Shown: one piece after another, positions 1-12,237 of the stretch
Position numbering within the stretch: position 1 is the first letter of the stretch
Layout of the letters: every line of letters begins with the position of its first letter
Source of the DNA: Selaginella moellendorffii
Taxonomy: Eukaryota > Plantae > Lycopodiophyta
DNA: 64,000 bases
Assembly: GCF_000143415.4 (NCBI RefSeq)
Contig: NW_003314285.1
Span: 585,370 to 649,369, forward strand
Direction: 5' to 3'
The notes under the pieces: model-generated
Database searches by the model: none
Told to the model about the DNA's origin: nothing
Seen by the model: the letters and a program-made list of their open reading frames with translations, nothing else
Made by a program: the position numbers and the translations under genes

Positions 1-1510
1 GATTGTTTAGTAGGGGATGAGCTTTAGCTTTTCCTTGAAACATGATTTAGTCGTGACCTATACTAACTTTACGAGAGGATAAGTTAGTGATTGATATTGA
101 ATATTTGAATCTTTATTAGATTTGAGTTGGAATATATTGATCATTGATGATTTCTTTTGTGCTTGTTACGATGTGCGTTACGTCTTGCTATAGATGGATT
201 CATGGAGGATCGTTTGATGATCACTTGTTAAGCATAGCTTTGTTATGCTTAGCTTTTGGATTGATGCAAAAATGCTCTTCATTAGCTTTGGCATTATGAA
301 ATTTGGTTTATGGATGTGTTGAGAAAGATATTGTGGGTTGCACCATGATTTCTTCTTTAGCATTGAAGTTAGTTTCTATGAGACTTGTGATCATTATTAG
401 GCAAGACTTGGCTATAGCCTTCTTCGAGCTTTTGGTTCCTTGAATTTTCATGCTTATGGTCCATTTGTTAGAAGTTGTTGGGGAAGGCATTTTGGTTTGT
501 TAGCTTCGATGTTGAAGTTAGTATTTGCATCTAGCAATCATTGGTGATGCTTGACTATCATCTAGGATAGTTGATTATCCTTGTCAAAAGTTTTGCTTGA
601 TTATTGTTGGTATAGAATGATTTGCCATTCTTCGGGATGGTGGAGTCCTTAGCCTATAATTCTACATCTCTTTATTGATGGGATGATTGATGATCTTTCA
701 TGATGGTTAGTTGATCTTTTGGATGGCTTATGGGTTTTTCGCAATACCACATGTTCTTTGTGTTTTGCTCTGGATTGGTCTCTTGGGTTTGAGATATCGA
801 TAGGATGTTGCTGACACTTGCTTAAGCAACTCTGTTTCCTTGGTATTGTTGATTAGGATCTATTCAGATTGAGTTGTGTGATGGTTGGCATGACTAAATG
901 TTTGTTGGTCTTACCACATTCATTTTGTTTTGTTGATTGTTGTTCGAGTTAGTCCTGATAGATTAGGATGTTATTTCCTTTGGGTGATACGTTCGCGAGC
1001 ATTGTGCTTGTCGGTTAAGGATACTTTGTGTTCTTTGAGTTATCTTTCGTAAGTTGTTTAGCATACTGTCTACAATCTTCGGTAGTTAAGTTTTCTCATT
1101 AAGTTTACTTGATGATATACTTGCTATTGAATTTTGTTGAATGGTGAATCCTTTGTTTTCCAAAGATAGTGATCTTGGTGGTTCTTATACTGTAATACTA
1201 GTTTATCGGATAATAACTTACTTGGAATACTTTTGTGTTCTAATCTAAGCTTTATTTACTGATAATTAAATCTCTAAGATATCATTGTATATGACTTTGA
1301 TATTGTCCATTTATTGATCGTTGGGTTTGGGCTAGTATAGGCAGACTGGCTTCGGCACTTCGTGTGCATGATGAAATCTTTAGTTATGGGGTAGCTACTG
1401 TCGACTGGTCACATAACCCGCCTCTCTGTCGATGTTCCTTATTCCATTCAAAGGGCGTGACCGTGTAAACAACTCTAACTACCTGTTTACAGTAGTCTAT
1501 CTAAACCTTA
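1..1510. mobile_element. Decayed internal segment of the 'family 3' LTR retroelement (second copy)
   Basis: Colinear with 18055-19575, e.g. shared TATACTGTAATACTAGTTTATCGGAT and CTAACTACCTGTTTACAGTAGTCTATCTAAACCTTACC; no long ORF. Confidence 0.6.
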
Positions 1511-1608
1511 CCTGAATTGGACTTAAGGAGGTTGTGAATAAGACTCCTCCAAGTGGTTAGAGGTGTGGTTAAGTGACTAAAGTAGAATGGAAAAATTAGT
1601 CGCTTACA
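1510..1608 (+). repeat. Terminal fragment of a 'family 2' LTR, inverted relative to the 13813 copy
   Basis: Reverse complement of TGTAAGCGACTAAATTTTCCATTCTACTTTAGTCACTTAACCACACC (13813 onward); ends ...GCTTACA at 1608. Confidence 0.7.
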
Positions 1609-2845
1609 GTTGGCCACTAGTATTATCAGTGTTTTCCAAATTGGTATCCTCTATTTTTTGGGTGGAGGCCTTGGCATCAATGTTGTCTTGTTGGTGTTGC
1701 TATAGTGGAAGGTCTGGATATTGATATTTTTTTGGGAAATAAGGAGTCACACGAGTAGTGGAGTCATTAACATTATTTTTCATTTAATCTAAGGATTGTA
1801 AATAGATTTTAAAGTGTTATTGACAACTCCTCTAGTTTTGCCATATCCTAACTACATTTGACCTTTCATTTTGTGTGTGGATGCTTTGGATATTAAGCTT
1901 GGGGATGTCTTAATGCAAGAGAGCAAAAGCATGCTTGGTCAATGTCATTCTGTTGTATATATTAGTTGTATATTATAATTAGTGGAGGTGAACTACTACA
2001 TAACAAAGGAGTGCTTAGCGGCAATTTAGTTTTGAGAAGCTTCATATATATTTGCATGATTTTTGAATATTGCTAAAAGGTAATTATGTTATAGTTACTT
2101 TGTTATTAAAGTGGAAAAGTTTGGTTAATCACACTATTTGGTAGGTTTTGAAGCTTCAAATATATAATATTGAGTCTTTTAGTTAATATTAACACTTTTT
2201 CTCAAGTTCTTTTCCCTTCTTCATTCTCTTCTATTTTTGACAAGCCTGTTATTCTAATATCTATAGATTTTTTGGATGAAGATTTTATGCTATCAGTGGT
2301 TATTGTACTTGATGTTTAGTGTCCATAAAGTGCAGAGCAAAATTTACCTTTTCCTAATGTGGTTTATAAAACTCAAAAAGTTGAGTTATATATTTGAAGG
2401 CTTCGTGATGGGTGTGAGAAACTTGCATCATTTGCCAATAATTGTCATTTTAGCATTTATATTCTCGATATCACCTTGAGGACAACCTTCTTTGAATAGA
2501 TCCTAATGATTATTTATGATTAGTGGTACTTTTGATCTTTATTCTATGCTTTTTACATGTTTACTATGATTCTCCTATTCTATGCAGATATATAGGACAT
2601 CATTGTGTGATTGAGAAACTATGCAAGTCTTTTTATTAGCCAAAGGTGTGACATAATGTTGTTTAATATGTGTGTAGGTGTGTTTGGTGCCAAACTCATA
2701 ATATTCCTCTTCATGTTGCAAAATGACAATTGAAGTCAATTACAATTTCCCATTTATTTGAGTTGGTGGTATTTGATATTATAAAGCCATTTCCATTGTC
2801 GACTGCTAGTAATGAGTATATCAATTTTGCCTCTAACTACTTAAT
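1609..2845 (+). pseudogene. Highly decayed Ty3/Gypsy pol fragment (RNase H / integrase)
   Basis: ~1808-1921 translates FKVLLTTPLVLPYPNYI*PFILCVDALDIKLGDVLMQE (RT-RNase H connection); EVNYYITKECLAA near 1985; many stops and frameshifts. Confidence 0.55.
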
Positions 2846-3051
2846 TGTAAGCAACTAAATTTTCCATTCTACTTTAATCACTTAACTACACCTCCGACCA
2901 CTTGGAGGAGTTTCATTCACAACCTCCATAAGTCCTATTCCGAACTTGGGGCTGGCTAGCCCTGAAAGATGATAAATTTTTTTATAAAGTAACATTAGCA
3001 TGTATTACCCTTTCCATCCTTAGCACCAAGCCAATGTTCATTGATGGTTTG
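2846..3051 (-). mobile_element. Deleted 'family 2' LTR element fragment, left part; resumes at 54184-54800
   Basis: Starts TGTAAGCAACTAAATTTTCC. Internal sequence ...ATGGTTTG stops at 3051 and resumes GTTTGACACTAAAGGCTCACCATGCC at 54184, matching the uninterrupted copy near 15520. Confidence 0.7.
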
Positions 3052-4192
3052 TGTCGCGAATGTGACTTCGGGTATCGAAAGTTACCTGTTGGCCAGTTCT
3101 TTTAGATATTTTTTCCTTACTACCATGACAGCAGGAGGTCGGTATTGTTGGACCCGTTATCAGTTTCCCACTTGAGCTAGTTGAGAAACTGGTCAATGAC
3201 CATGTACTTAGATTGGATAAACATAAGGTACCTATGTGTTTCTTGCTAAGCATACTCGGCCTGGTTTGAGAAACTTGAGTCATTGGCTTGCACTTGTTAG
3301 TATCAAGAACCCCCACGATATTGAGTTTGGTCCATCAATATTCGCTAGATGATAGCTTACTGTGTCTGTCAAACACTCTCGCTATCATGGCCTTTGTGTT
3401 AGTCTCATTTTGGTCCTAAATGCTATTTATGGAAAGTGTCTAGACTTGCTCATTTAGCATATCTACGGAATGTAGAGATTGTCCTGAACACAATGGTGTT
3501 CGTCTTGTGTCCAAATTCGCAATCTAGCACCATTCCATATTTAGTAAGTTTTGAGCTTGTCCTAGAGACTAACTCCTGATACTAAGGGAGGCTTGGGGTG
3601 AAATCCCAAAGCGTGTGTTCCTGAAGTGGGGGGGGGGGGGGGGGGGGGGGATGTGGGGTGTTCCAAATGTATAGTAAGGATAGTGGGTAGGTCGGGCATG
3701 GCTAACTAATTTGAGACATAATCTAATTCCCGCTTGCGTGTTTGTCCTTGTTCTGCGTTCGGCTTAGGTCTAAGCCCAAGCTCCACACCATGCTAGTTGG
3801 TGGAATACCTATATCCTCACATTAGGCCACCGGTATGCTGAAATAGCGCCAAACTCTATTTGGCTCTGTTTTGCGTGCTAGTCCTGGCATTGGGATGCTA
3901 AATACTCTAGGACTATTCCAAGTCGCTCTGTACTCCTGTTCCTTCGTTCCTTAGTCTGTATGCTCGGGAGTTGCTCCGTGGTCTAGTTCCATCACTCCTT
4001 GGCTTCATGTTTGGGAGTTTGGCATTGTTCCTTCGTTCAGTGGCCCAAGGCCCTGAACCTTGAGTTCTACACCACTATCCTATGGACACGTGGCATATGA
4101 CACGTGGCATATGGAGGGTTTAGGTTCCGCTTCGTGGTGTTATCCTATGGTAACTCACCATAGGATAAAGGGAGAAAACCACGTGCACTACA
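3052..4192 (+). repeat. Family 3 5' LTR
   Basis: TGTCGCGAATGTGACTTCGGG...GTGCACTACA; homologous to 19910-20759 plus 53943-54183; contains a poly-G tract at 3628-3650. Confidence 0.85.
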
Positions 4193-4194
4193 TT

Positions 4195-4205
4195 TGGTAT
4201 CAGAG
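4195..4205 (+). promoter_or_regulatory. Primer-binding site (initiator Met tRNA type) of family 3
   Basis: TGGTATCAGAG two bases after the LTR end. Confidence 0.85.
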
Positions 4206-5844
4206 GATGAGTCTCAGCAAGTACTATTCAATAAGATTGGGCAACTAATCTCGTTGCATTCGCAGAGATGAAAACGATGATATGAGTGGGTACACGTTTG
4301 GATGCAAAGACTTTGCAATTGTTCCTTGGGTATGGATTTGGTTACCTTTTTGTACCGTAATAATATGAGCTTGCTCTTGGGCTCATAGGATGGATTTGAG
4401 ATGTACTGCTTGCACAAGTTTATTGTTGGGTTCGTGAGTGAAGCGCATTAGCACAAGTTTGCACTTGGGCGTGTGAGTGAGGCGCATGTTGCACTTTGAG
4501 TTGGCAAGATTAATGTTAGCCTATCGGTGGTTCCATGAGTTGTTTCATATACCATGGGTAAAAGCAAACCTCCCTTGGTTTGCTATGAGTGGCACATAGG
4601 CTGGTCTGTAGCTGTTTAGCACGGCACTAGTAGATCCTTTTTAGGCATGTTTACAAGTGGATCAATCAAGATTATAGGGATTAGTCTATTAGTTCAAGTA
4701 GTTATTGCCGTGCTCTTTCATAAACTTTTCTTGGATTGGACTGAAGGTTTAGTCAAAGATGAGACCAAAAAAAGAGTCCTCAAGGACAAAGGATCAAACA
4801 CGTAAATCATTTTCTCTTCTTGGAGAGATGATTTGCAACAAGGTGTTAACTCATTTCTCGTGTTCATATTATGCAATCAAGAGTCCCTACCTTGATGCAT
4901 CTTGGAGATGATGGTCTTACAAATGGTGAGTTGTGGGATGGATAGCAGTGAAGCACTATACCATTTTGTCTAAACTTACTATTGAAGACTTGGGTTGCAA
5001 TGCTCAATTCTTTTCCGAGGAACTTTACTACTGCTCCTTGAGTAGCTTGGTGTTAGATTAGTGTTGAGTTTGGTTAGAGAGAGAGAGTGGTATAAGTTTG
5101 TCCATGTTGTGAACAAAAGTTAGTGGTGTCGGGTGTTGTAAATCTTTATTGGTGGGGTGTGGCATTTATATTGCATTTTGTTGAATCGAGTTGACACTTG
5201 ATATTCACATAAACCTTTGAAGTAATGACATGGGCATTGCTCATAGTGTTGCTTGATTGATGATTAAGTCATTGTGATACTTGTATCATATCCATGTATA
5301 ATGAGCAATGTGTTTACAAAGTTGTTTGGTTAAACGATGATCAACCCCAAAGTGGTTGATGAAGAAGCTAGTCTACTTGCACGAAGTAGCATTGAGGTAG
5401 CTTTAACTGGATTCTCGGTGATGGTCCATTATGCTAAGCTTACATTGGTACCTTGTTTTCTTGAGTTTGCCCATTAGGTGTTGGAAAAGGGTTATAGCAT
5501 TCACTTGCTATGACTTGTCGGTTGATCCATTAGCACTTGGAGTAAATTGTTGGATGAAGAAGATGTGTAGTTGGGGCATTGACATCACTAACACTTGTGT
5601 TAGTGGAAGTGGCATTATTATTTCAAGTGATGAGGAATTTTCCTTGGACCTTGATTTTCCATGTCATTTTTCTTGTTAGTGTTTTGGCTTTACATTAGAT
5701 CTTGAAGGTGATTGAAAAAGAGTGTTAGTGAAATGTGGATATCCGAAGATGTGGTCTTCATGATCAAGCCTTGGATGTTCATTTTGCACTTTGCGAGTGT
5801 CAGTGTTGGATATCGGTTAAATAGGCAAAGATGTTCGATGCTTA

Positions 5845-7003
5845 TGTAAGCCACAAATTTTTCCTTTCCAATTTGCCAGCTTACCTTGTCTATCCAACCA
5901 ACACTGCCTTGGCTTGTGCTAAGTTCCCTCGCCAAGGTTCTCGCCTATGGTACCAGCTCCTACTTGGTTCTACTTAGTTTCAGTTACTCACTGCACGAGC
6001 AACGGAGTGTTAGCATCCATCTATGGATTCCCAAATCTCTCCCAATCCCCCTCCCCGGGTTAGACTGGACTTAAGGTTCAGCTACACTCCCCGCAGGCAC
6101 AAGCAGCCAAGCACACCAAGCCTCCAGGTTCCTAACATCCCTTGGTACCACAAGACTTTATCATGGGACCCTCTAAATCCCAAGCCTTGGGTGCAGCACT
6201 TGCTTCGGGACGTCGGGGCGAAACACCGTGGCTTAACGGCCCGGTATAGGTACCTCTACCCCCCCACTTCCATCCCGAAGGGAAGGCCCAAGCCCCTAGG
6301 AAGGGCGAGGACCAATTAGCCACAAGGTACTCAAGTGGGGCACCACTCCATATGAGCTAGGAGCATCGCAGTCGGTTTCCCTTTCGGGAGTGGGAGCTGC
6401 TCTTGAGCACTTCCCTGGGTGGCCCCTCCGGCACCACCCAAGCCCGTGCTCACTCCCACCCAAGGCCCCTCGGCCCCAGTCTCAACCTCAAGTCAATTTG
6501 GAAGCACCACTGGAGAGTTTCCTTCAAGACTGGTTCCTGGACCTCACTATCCCTACTATACTTTTGGAACCCCCTGCAGCCCCCCCCCCCTGGGAGACGC
6601 ATGCTTTGGGCTTTCACCCCTTGACCCGTATTAGTATTTGGACTTAGTCTCTGGCTCGATCTCGGACCCGATTTCGGATCCGACTTCGGATTTGGTCTCG
6701 GACTCGATCTCGGACCTGAGCTCGGACCCGACCTCGGACCCGACCTCGGACTCGACCTCGGACTCGGTCTCGGACCCGATTTCGGATCTCGGACTTCGTC
6801 TCGAACTCGGTCTCGAACTCGGACTCGAACTCGGTCCCCGAGTCGGTCTCGGACTCGATTCTGGACTCTACCTCGAACTCGGTTCTAGAGTCGGTCTTGG
6901 ACTCGATCTTCGATTTGGTCCCATCCGATGAACTCTTTGTCATTTTGATCATGCTTTTGGGGTTCCTTTAGCCTACGACACCTCGGCGAGTTGGTTCCTT
7001 ACA
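5845..7003 (-). repeat. Family 1 3' LTR with CTCGGA-type microsatellite
   Basis: Direct repeat of 12238-13374. Confidence 0.95.
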
Positions 7004-7405
7004 ACTCCACCACCCATAGAAGAAGTTCGATGCCCACATCGAACGTCTCTTTTTATCCTACGACTTGTTGACCATGTCTCCGGGGGCATTCCCCCACTTA
7101 GCGGTGTGCCTAAGTTAGCCTCCCCGGCCAAGAGCCCATAACAACGGAATATAGGTGTCCCTATACCCCTCACCTCACCACGCCCTAGTATGGGGTCGGG
7201 ACTTGAACCCAGCCTTGCTTTACTAGGGGGTTGGGACTCGAACCCAACCTTCGTAGAATATGTCTACGGATTTGACATCCCCGCGGGGAGTCGAGCGTAG
7301 TGCCCTACGCCTGGTTGACCTATCCAACCCATGCTAATTAGCTTACCTTCGGCGCGCCTTCGGGTCCCAACATATGCCACTTGCTCAACTTTGCAAATTG
7401 ATATT

Positions 7406-10400
7406 TTAATTGAACTTTGCATAAGTACATAGAGTTCTACCTCGCAGAAATTCCTCCACTAAATCTCGCGCGTTTGCTAGGTTCTCCTCCGGTTCCCATG
7501 TTGCTTCGCAGTGTGGAAATCCTTTCCACTTCACATGGAACTCTCTCACCTCCCGTCCTTGTCGCTTGCTATTGCACGCATTGAGGATGGCCTCGACTTC
7601 GTATTCCTCTTCCCCTTGGATAACCTCAGGTAAAGGTCTCACTTGGTCCTTGCGAAGCGGATCCTCAAAGTACGGCTTGAGTAAGTTCACGTGGAACACT
7701 AGGTGCATCTTCCCCATCTCTCGAGGAAGTCGGAGTCGGTAAGCCACTTTACCGATTTGTGCCTCAATCTCGTAAGGCCCTGCGAACTTGCTTAAGGAAC
7801 TCAAGATCAATTCATTTACAGGAATACATGCATCTTTACCTTTGGGTCAACTTTCGGCTGATCCCACTTGGTAGTCTGAGGTTCTTGGTGTTCAGCCACA
7901 CCTTCTCCCTAGCTTGGAACTCTACATCCCAACGCTTCTGGTTCGCGTATTTGGTTTGCCTTTGTTGAGCCCGTTCCAAGGAATCCCTCACTAGATTCCA
8001 AATGCCGAATCTTTCCGCCGTGAATGCCTCCACTGCGGGCAACTCTCCATGATACTCGGCCACGCCGAGTTCCACAGAACCTTCAATAGCTCGCCCATTG
8101 ATGACTTCCCATGGACTCACCCCGATGTTCGAATGTGGTGAGTTGTTATAACACATTTCCGCAAGTCCCAAATGACTTACCCAATTGGTCTGGTCTCCCG
8201 AGATATAGCATCGCAAATAATCCTCCAGTTGCCTATTCACCCTTTCCGTTTGTCCGTCTGTCAAGAAGTGTTAGTGCCACCAAACTTGACTTAATACCCC
8301 ATACCTGTCTGTGGGTGATAGGCTGTGCTGAATTTCAACTTGGTGTGATACTGTTCCAAGAGAGTCCTCCAGAACTTACTAGTGAAGATCTTATCTCGAT
8401 CTGAGATGATCTCTTCCGGTCTTCCCCGCACTCAAACCACTTGTTTGAAGAACAGCTTCACCACACCTTCCGCATCCACTTCCATTGTGGTGGGTATGAA
8501 ATGTGCCATTTTTGAAAATCGGTCCACCACCACGAATATCGCATCAAACCCCTCGCTTGGGGGGAGTCCCGTGATGAAGTCCATTGTAAGACATTTCCAC
8601 GGACGATCTGGAATTGGGATGCTTTGCAACAAGCCCCCACTAGCCTTAGTCACGGCTTTTACCTGCTGACATGTTGGACATGTCTTTACATAGTCTTGGA
8701 TGTCCTTAGCCATATCTGGCCAATGGTACTTCCTCTTGAGTAAGCCCATCGTCTTGGGCACTCCGCCATGTCCTGCAAGAGGTCCGTCATGACACTTTTC
8801 TAAGGCTACCTTCCTTAGTTCCCCTTCTGGAACATACACCTTTGTTTGCTTGTAATATATGAGTCCGTTGCATTCCGCATAGCCCGTTTTCTCTTCTGTT
8901 GGCAGCTCACCTCTCTGGTGAGCTTCCCGTGCCTCTAGATTCCTCACCAACACTTCTTGTGCTAGACCATCGTTCTCATATGCTGTCCGCACATTGTCCC
9001 AGAAGGTTGCTGTTGCGCTAGATATCGCCAACCTCAAGCTCGCTTTTCGACTTAGCGCATCCGCCACGATGTTGCTCTTCCCAAGCTTGTACAGGATCTC
9101 GCAATCAAACTCGGCCAAGGCATTGGCCCACCGACCTTGTTTCCCTCTTAGGTCGGGCTGTGACAAGAAGTGTTTCGTTGCCATATTGTCCGTGTAAACC
9201 TTAAAGTGTCTCCCAAGGTAGTGTCGTCACTCCTTGAGCGCCTTGACCACCGCAAACAATTCCTTTTCGTGGGCAGGCCACTTCCGTTGAGCCTTGTCCA
9301 ACTTCTTCGAGAAGAACGCTACTGGATGGTTGTCTTGCTTCAAAACTGCGCCCAACACAAAGTTCGAAGCATCTGTTTCTACCTCAAAGTCCTTACCAAA
9401 GTCTGGTAATGTCAATATGGGAGCCTTCCTCAACTTCCCTTTGAGGTGGACGAATGCCGCCTCGCATTCTGCTGTCCATACCATCTTCCCTTTTCCTGTT
9501 TGGTCCGTTAAGGGTAGGGCTACTCTCGAATAGTGTCTGATAAACTTTCGATAGTAGTTGCATAGCCCCAGGAATGCCCTCAACTCATGTACATTCGATG
9601 GTCGCTCCCATTCCTGGATCTCTTGGACCTTCTCCGGGTCCACCTTGAGCCCGTCCTAGCCCACCACATGCCCGAGAAACTTTACCTCTTGTTGAGCAAA
9701 GTCACATTTGCTCTCTTTAGCATACAGTTTGTGTTCCCTTAGTTTCTCAAACACCTTCGCCAAGTGTTCGGCATGCTCCTTTAGCGTTTCGCTATAGATC
9801 AGGATGTCATCGATATAGACGACCACGAAGTGATCCAGATAGGGTACAAAGATGTGGTTCATCAGCACCAAAAACGTTGTCAGTGCATTGCATAGCCCGA
9901 AGGGCATCACCAGAAACTCAAAGCTCCCATACCTCGTTCAATAGGTTGTCTTCTCGACATCTTCCTCGGCTACCCTGATCTGGTAGTATCCTGACCTTAG
10001 GTCAATCCTCGAGAAGTATTTTGCCTTTCCCAACCTATCGAACAAGTCCTTAATCCTGGGCAAAGGGTACTTGTTCTTCTTTGTATACTTGTTGAGCAAC
10101 CGGTAGTCTATGCACATGCGTATAGATCCATCTTTCTTTTTCACAAATAACACTGGCGCCCCATACGGCGACTTGCTCAACCTAACATACCCTTTGTCCA
10201 CCAACTCCTCTAGTTGGCGCTTGAGCTCCTCAAGTTCTTTCTCATTCAAACGATAGGGGGGACGAACCACTACCTCAGCACCCTCGACCAGCTCAATCTT
10301 ATGTTCTATCGGTCGTGCGGGGGGCAACCCTGCCGGTAACTCCTCCGGCATGGTATCCTGGAATTGGTCCAACACCCGTTGGATCACTAAAGGTACTTCT

Positions 10401-10936
10401 TTTGTTCCTGTCTTTTTGTCACTCTTCACCGAGAGTAAGCACAAAAATGCTGCCTTAGTTCCTTTAGTGAGTTGTCCTCTCATGGACACCAGGTTTAAGC
10501 AAGATTCTTTGGCCTTGCTTTGCCCTACCTTTAGATCCTGGGCCTCCACCCTAGATCTTCTTCCTTGGGCATTCGCCAGTACCACAAGGTTTCTACCTTG
10601 TCCATGCAGGGCTACCACGAACCGATTGAACCAGTCCATTCCGAAGATCACGTCAAATCCCGCCATGTCCAACACGATGAAATCCATGTCCACTTTCCAT
10701 GTCCCTACTTCGACTCTCGCTTGTCGAAGTACCTCATCGGTGCTTTGGCTACCTTGAACAAACTCTATAGTCCTTGGTTCGCCTAGCTGCTACACCGTTA
10801 GTCTGGCTTACCGGACTATGTCTGCAGCCACAAAATTATCCAAAGCACCTGTGTCAATAAGGATCTTAACAAAGCTACCTCCGAACTTTCCTCGGAGGGC
10901 TAGTAGATGTCGCAAACGACTCTCTACCAAAGTTGC
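7406..10936 (-). pseudogene. pol: pol: protease, reverse transcriptase, RNase H, integrase, chromodomain
   Basis: ILIDTGA (protease); [27 protein letters not shown] (RT); TDAS..GAVL, EKELFAVV (RNase H); CHDGPLAGH..CPTCQ, MDFITGLP, GPY (integrase); YEVEAIL..VKWKGF..ATWEPEENL (chromodomain). In-frame stops and two GT-AG inserts. Confidence 0.95.
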
Positions 10937-12178
10937 TCATGTAATGAGTAACTTTGAGTTAGGGACTGGATCACATACCTCAGTTTGGACTTCACCCGAC
11001 TTGATGGCCATATTGGCTCTGGCCTTCTTCGGGTAGGGACATTCCCTTGAAAAGTGTCCCACTTCACCGCAATTGTAGCATACGTTGTTTCCCACGTTGC
11101 TATACAACTTGACCTTCTTATCCGTGGGTTTGTCTCTTTTCGCTTGACTCCCCCACGTACTCACTCGCTGGCCACCGGATTTGCCTTTCCGGAACCCCAA
11201 GGACTCATTCTTAGAGAAACTCTTCTTGAATTTCCCTCTGCTAAACGCTCCCCTTGGTTTGGCCCCTTTCCTAAACGTGGATCCCGACCTCGTCGCGTTC
11301 CCCTTTCGCAGGTTATCGTTGAAATGCACCTTGATGGCCGCATCCAACGCTTCCTTGTAGTTGGTCGGGTTCCACCGCATCACTTCACCGCGAGCCCAGG
11401 TTTGCAAACCTGATATGAAGGCATGGAACGCATCCATATCCCCCATGTCCGTGACAAGTATCCTCTTTGCCATAAACCCATTCACATACTCTTGAATGGT
11501 TCCGGTCTGCTTCAGCCTGCTCAGCTCGTCCCTTAGATGCAGAGTAGCATTCGGAGGAACGTAGGTTGCGCGGATCCTCGCCTTCATCATTTCCCAAGTG
11601 GCCACCGGTCCTTCATTGGCCTCTGTCGTTCTCCACCAAGACTTGGCATTATCTGCCAAGTATGGTTTTGCACATGGGACCTTCTCCGAGCTTGGTAACC
11701 GCAACGCTTGGAAGTAGTCCTCCATATCGTAAAACCAATCCTCCACCACCTTATAGTCATTCACTCCCTTGAAGACCGGTGGGGGCTTTGGTTTGTACTT
11801 GGGAACTGCCTGAGGGACTGATTCTACTTTGGTCTGTTCGACCTTGTCCGGTTTTGCCTCAGTCCCTCCCGAACGGTTCGCACCTTCTGTGCTGCCAGCA
11901 TCCGCAGTCTTTCGCTTTTTCTTCCGCTTCTCGTCACGCTTTAGCTTGGGTACAAGAGTCTCCAGCAGGGCATTGGTCTGCGCCAATTGTCCTTCTAGAA
12001 CGTCCAATCGAGCCTTGGACGAGCAAACCTCGCCACCGGACTCTTGTTTGGAAGTTTCCTCACTGGAGTCCTCCTCATGCAAGGATTCCTCATCCATAGC
12101 CTCTTGTTCGACCGGAGGCTCCAGCTCTGGCGGAAGTTCCGTCTCCGCCTGGGTTCGCTTACGCCCCGCCCTTGCCAT
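10937..12178 (-). CDS. gag: Gag with CCHC zinc knuckle; originally in frame with pol
   Basis: 413-aa ORF with LKQTGTIQEY..F motif and CYNCGEVGHFSREC; the same frame continues into the protease past the TGA. Confidence 0.95.
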   Translation of the reverse strand: MARAGRKRTQAETELPPELEPPVEQEAMDEESLHEEDSSEETSKQESGGEVCSSKARLDVLEGQLAQTNALLETLVPKLKRDEKRKKKRKTADAGSTEGANRSGGTEAKPDKVEQTKVESVPQAVPKYKPKPPPVFKGVNDYKVVEDWFYDMEDYFQALRLPSSEKVPCAKPYLADNAKSWWRTTEANEGPVATWEMMKARIRATYVPPNATLHLRDELSRLKQTGTIQEYVNGFMAKRILVTDMGDMDAFHAFISGLQTWARGEVMRWNPTNYKEALDAAIKVHFNDNLRKGNATRSGSTFRKGAKPRGAFSRGKFKKSFSKNESLGFRKGKSGGQRVSTWGSQAKRDKPTDKKVKLYSNVGNNVCYNCGEVGHFSRECPYPKKARANMAIKSGEVQTEVCDPVPNSKLLIT

Positions 12179-12237
12179 CTCCCAGCAATCCGCCTCTATC
12201 CTTCGCTAGAACTGAGGAAAAGGCTCTGATACCAAAT

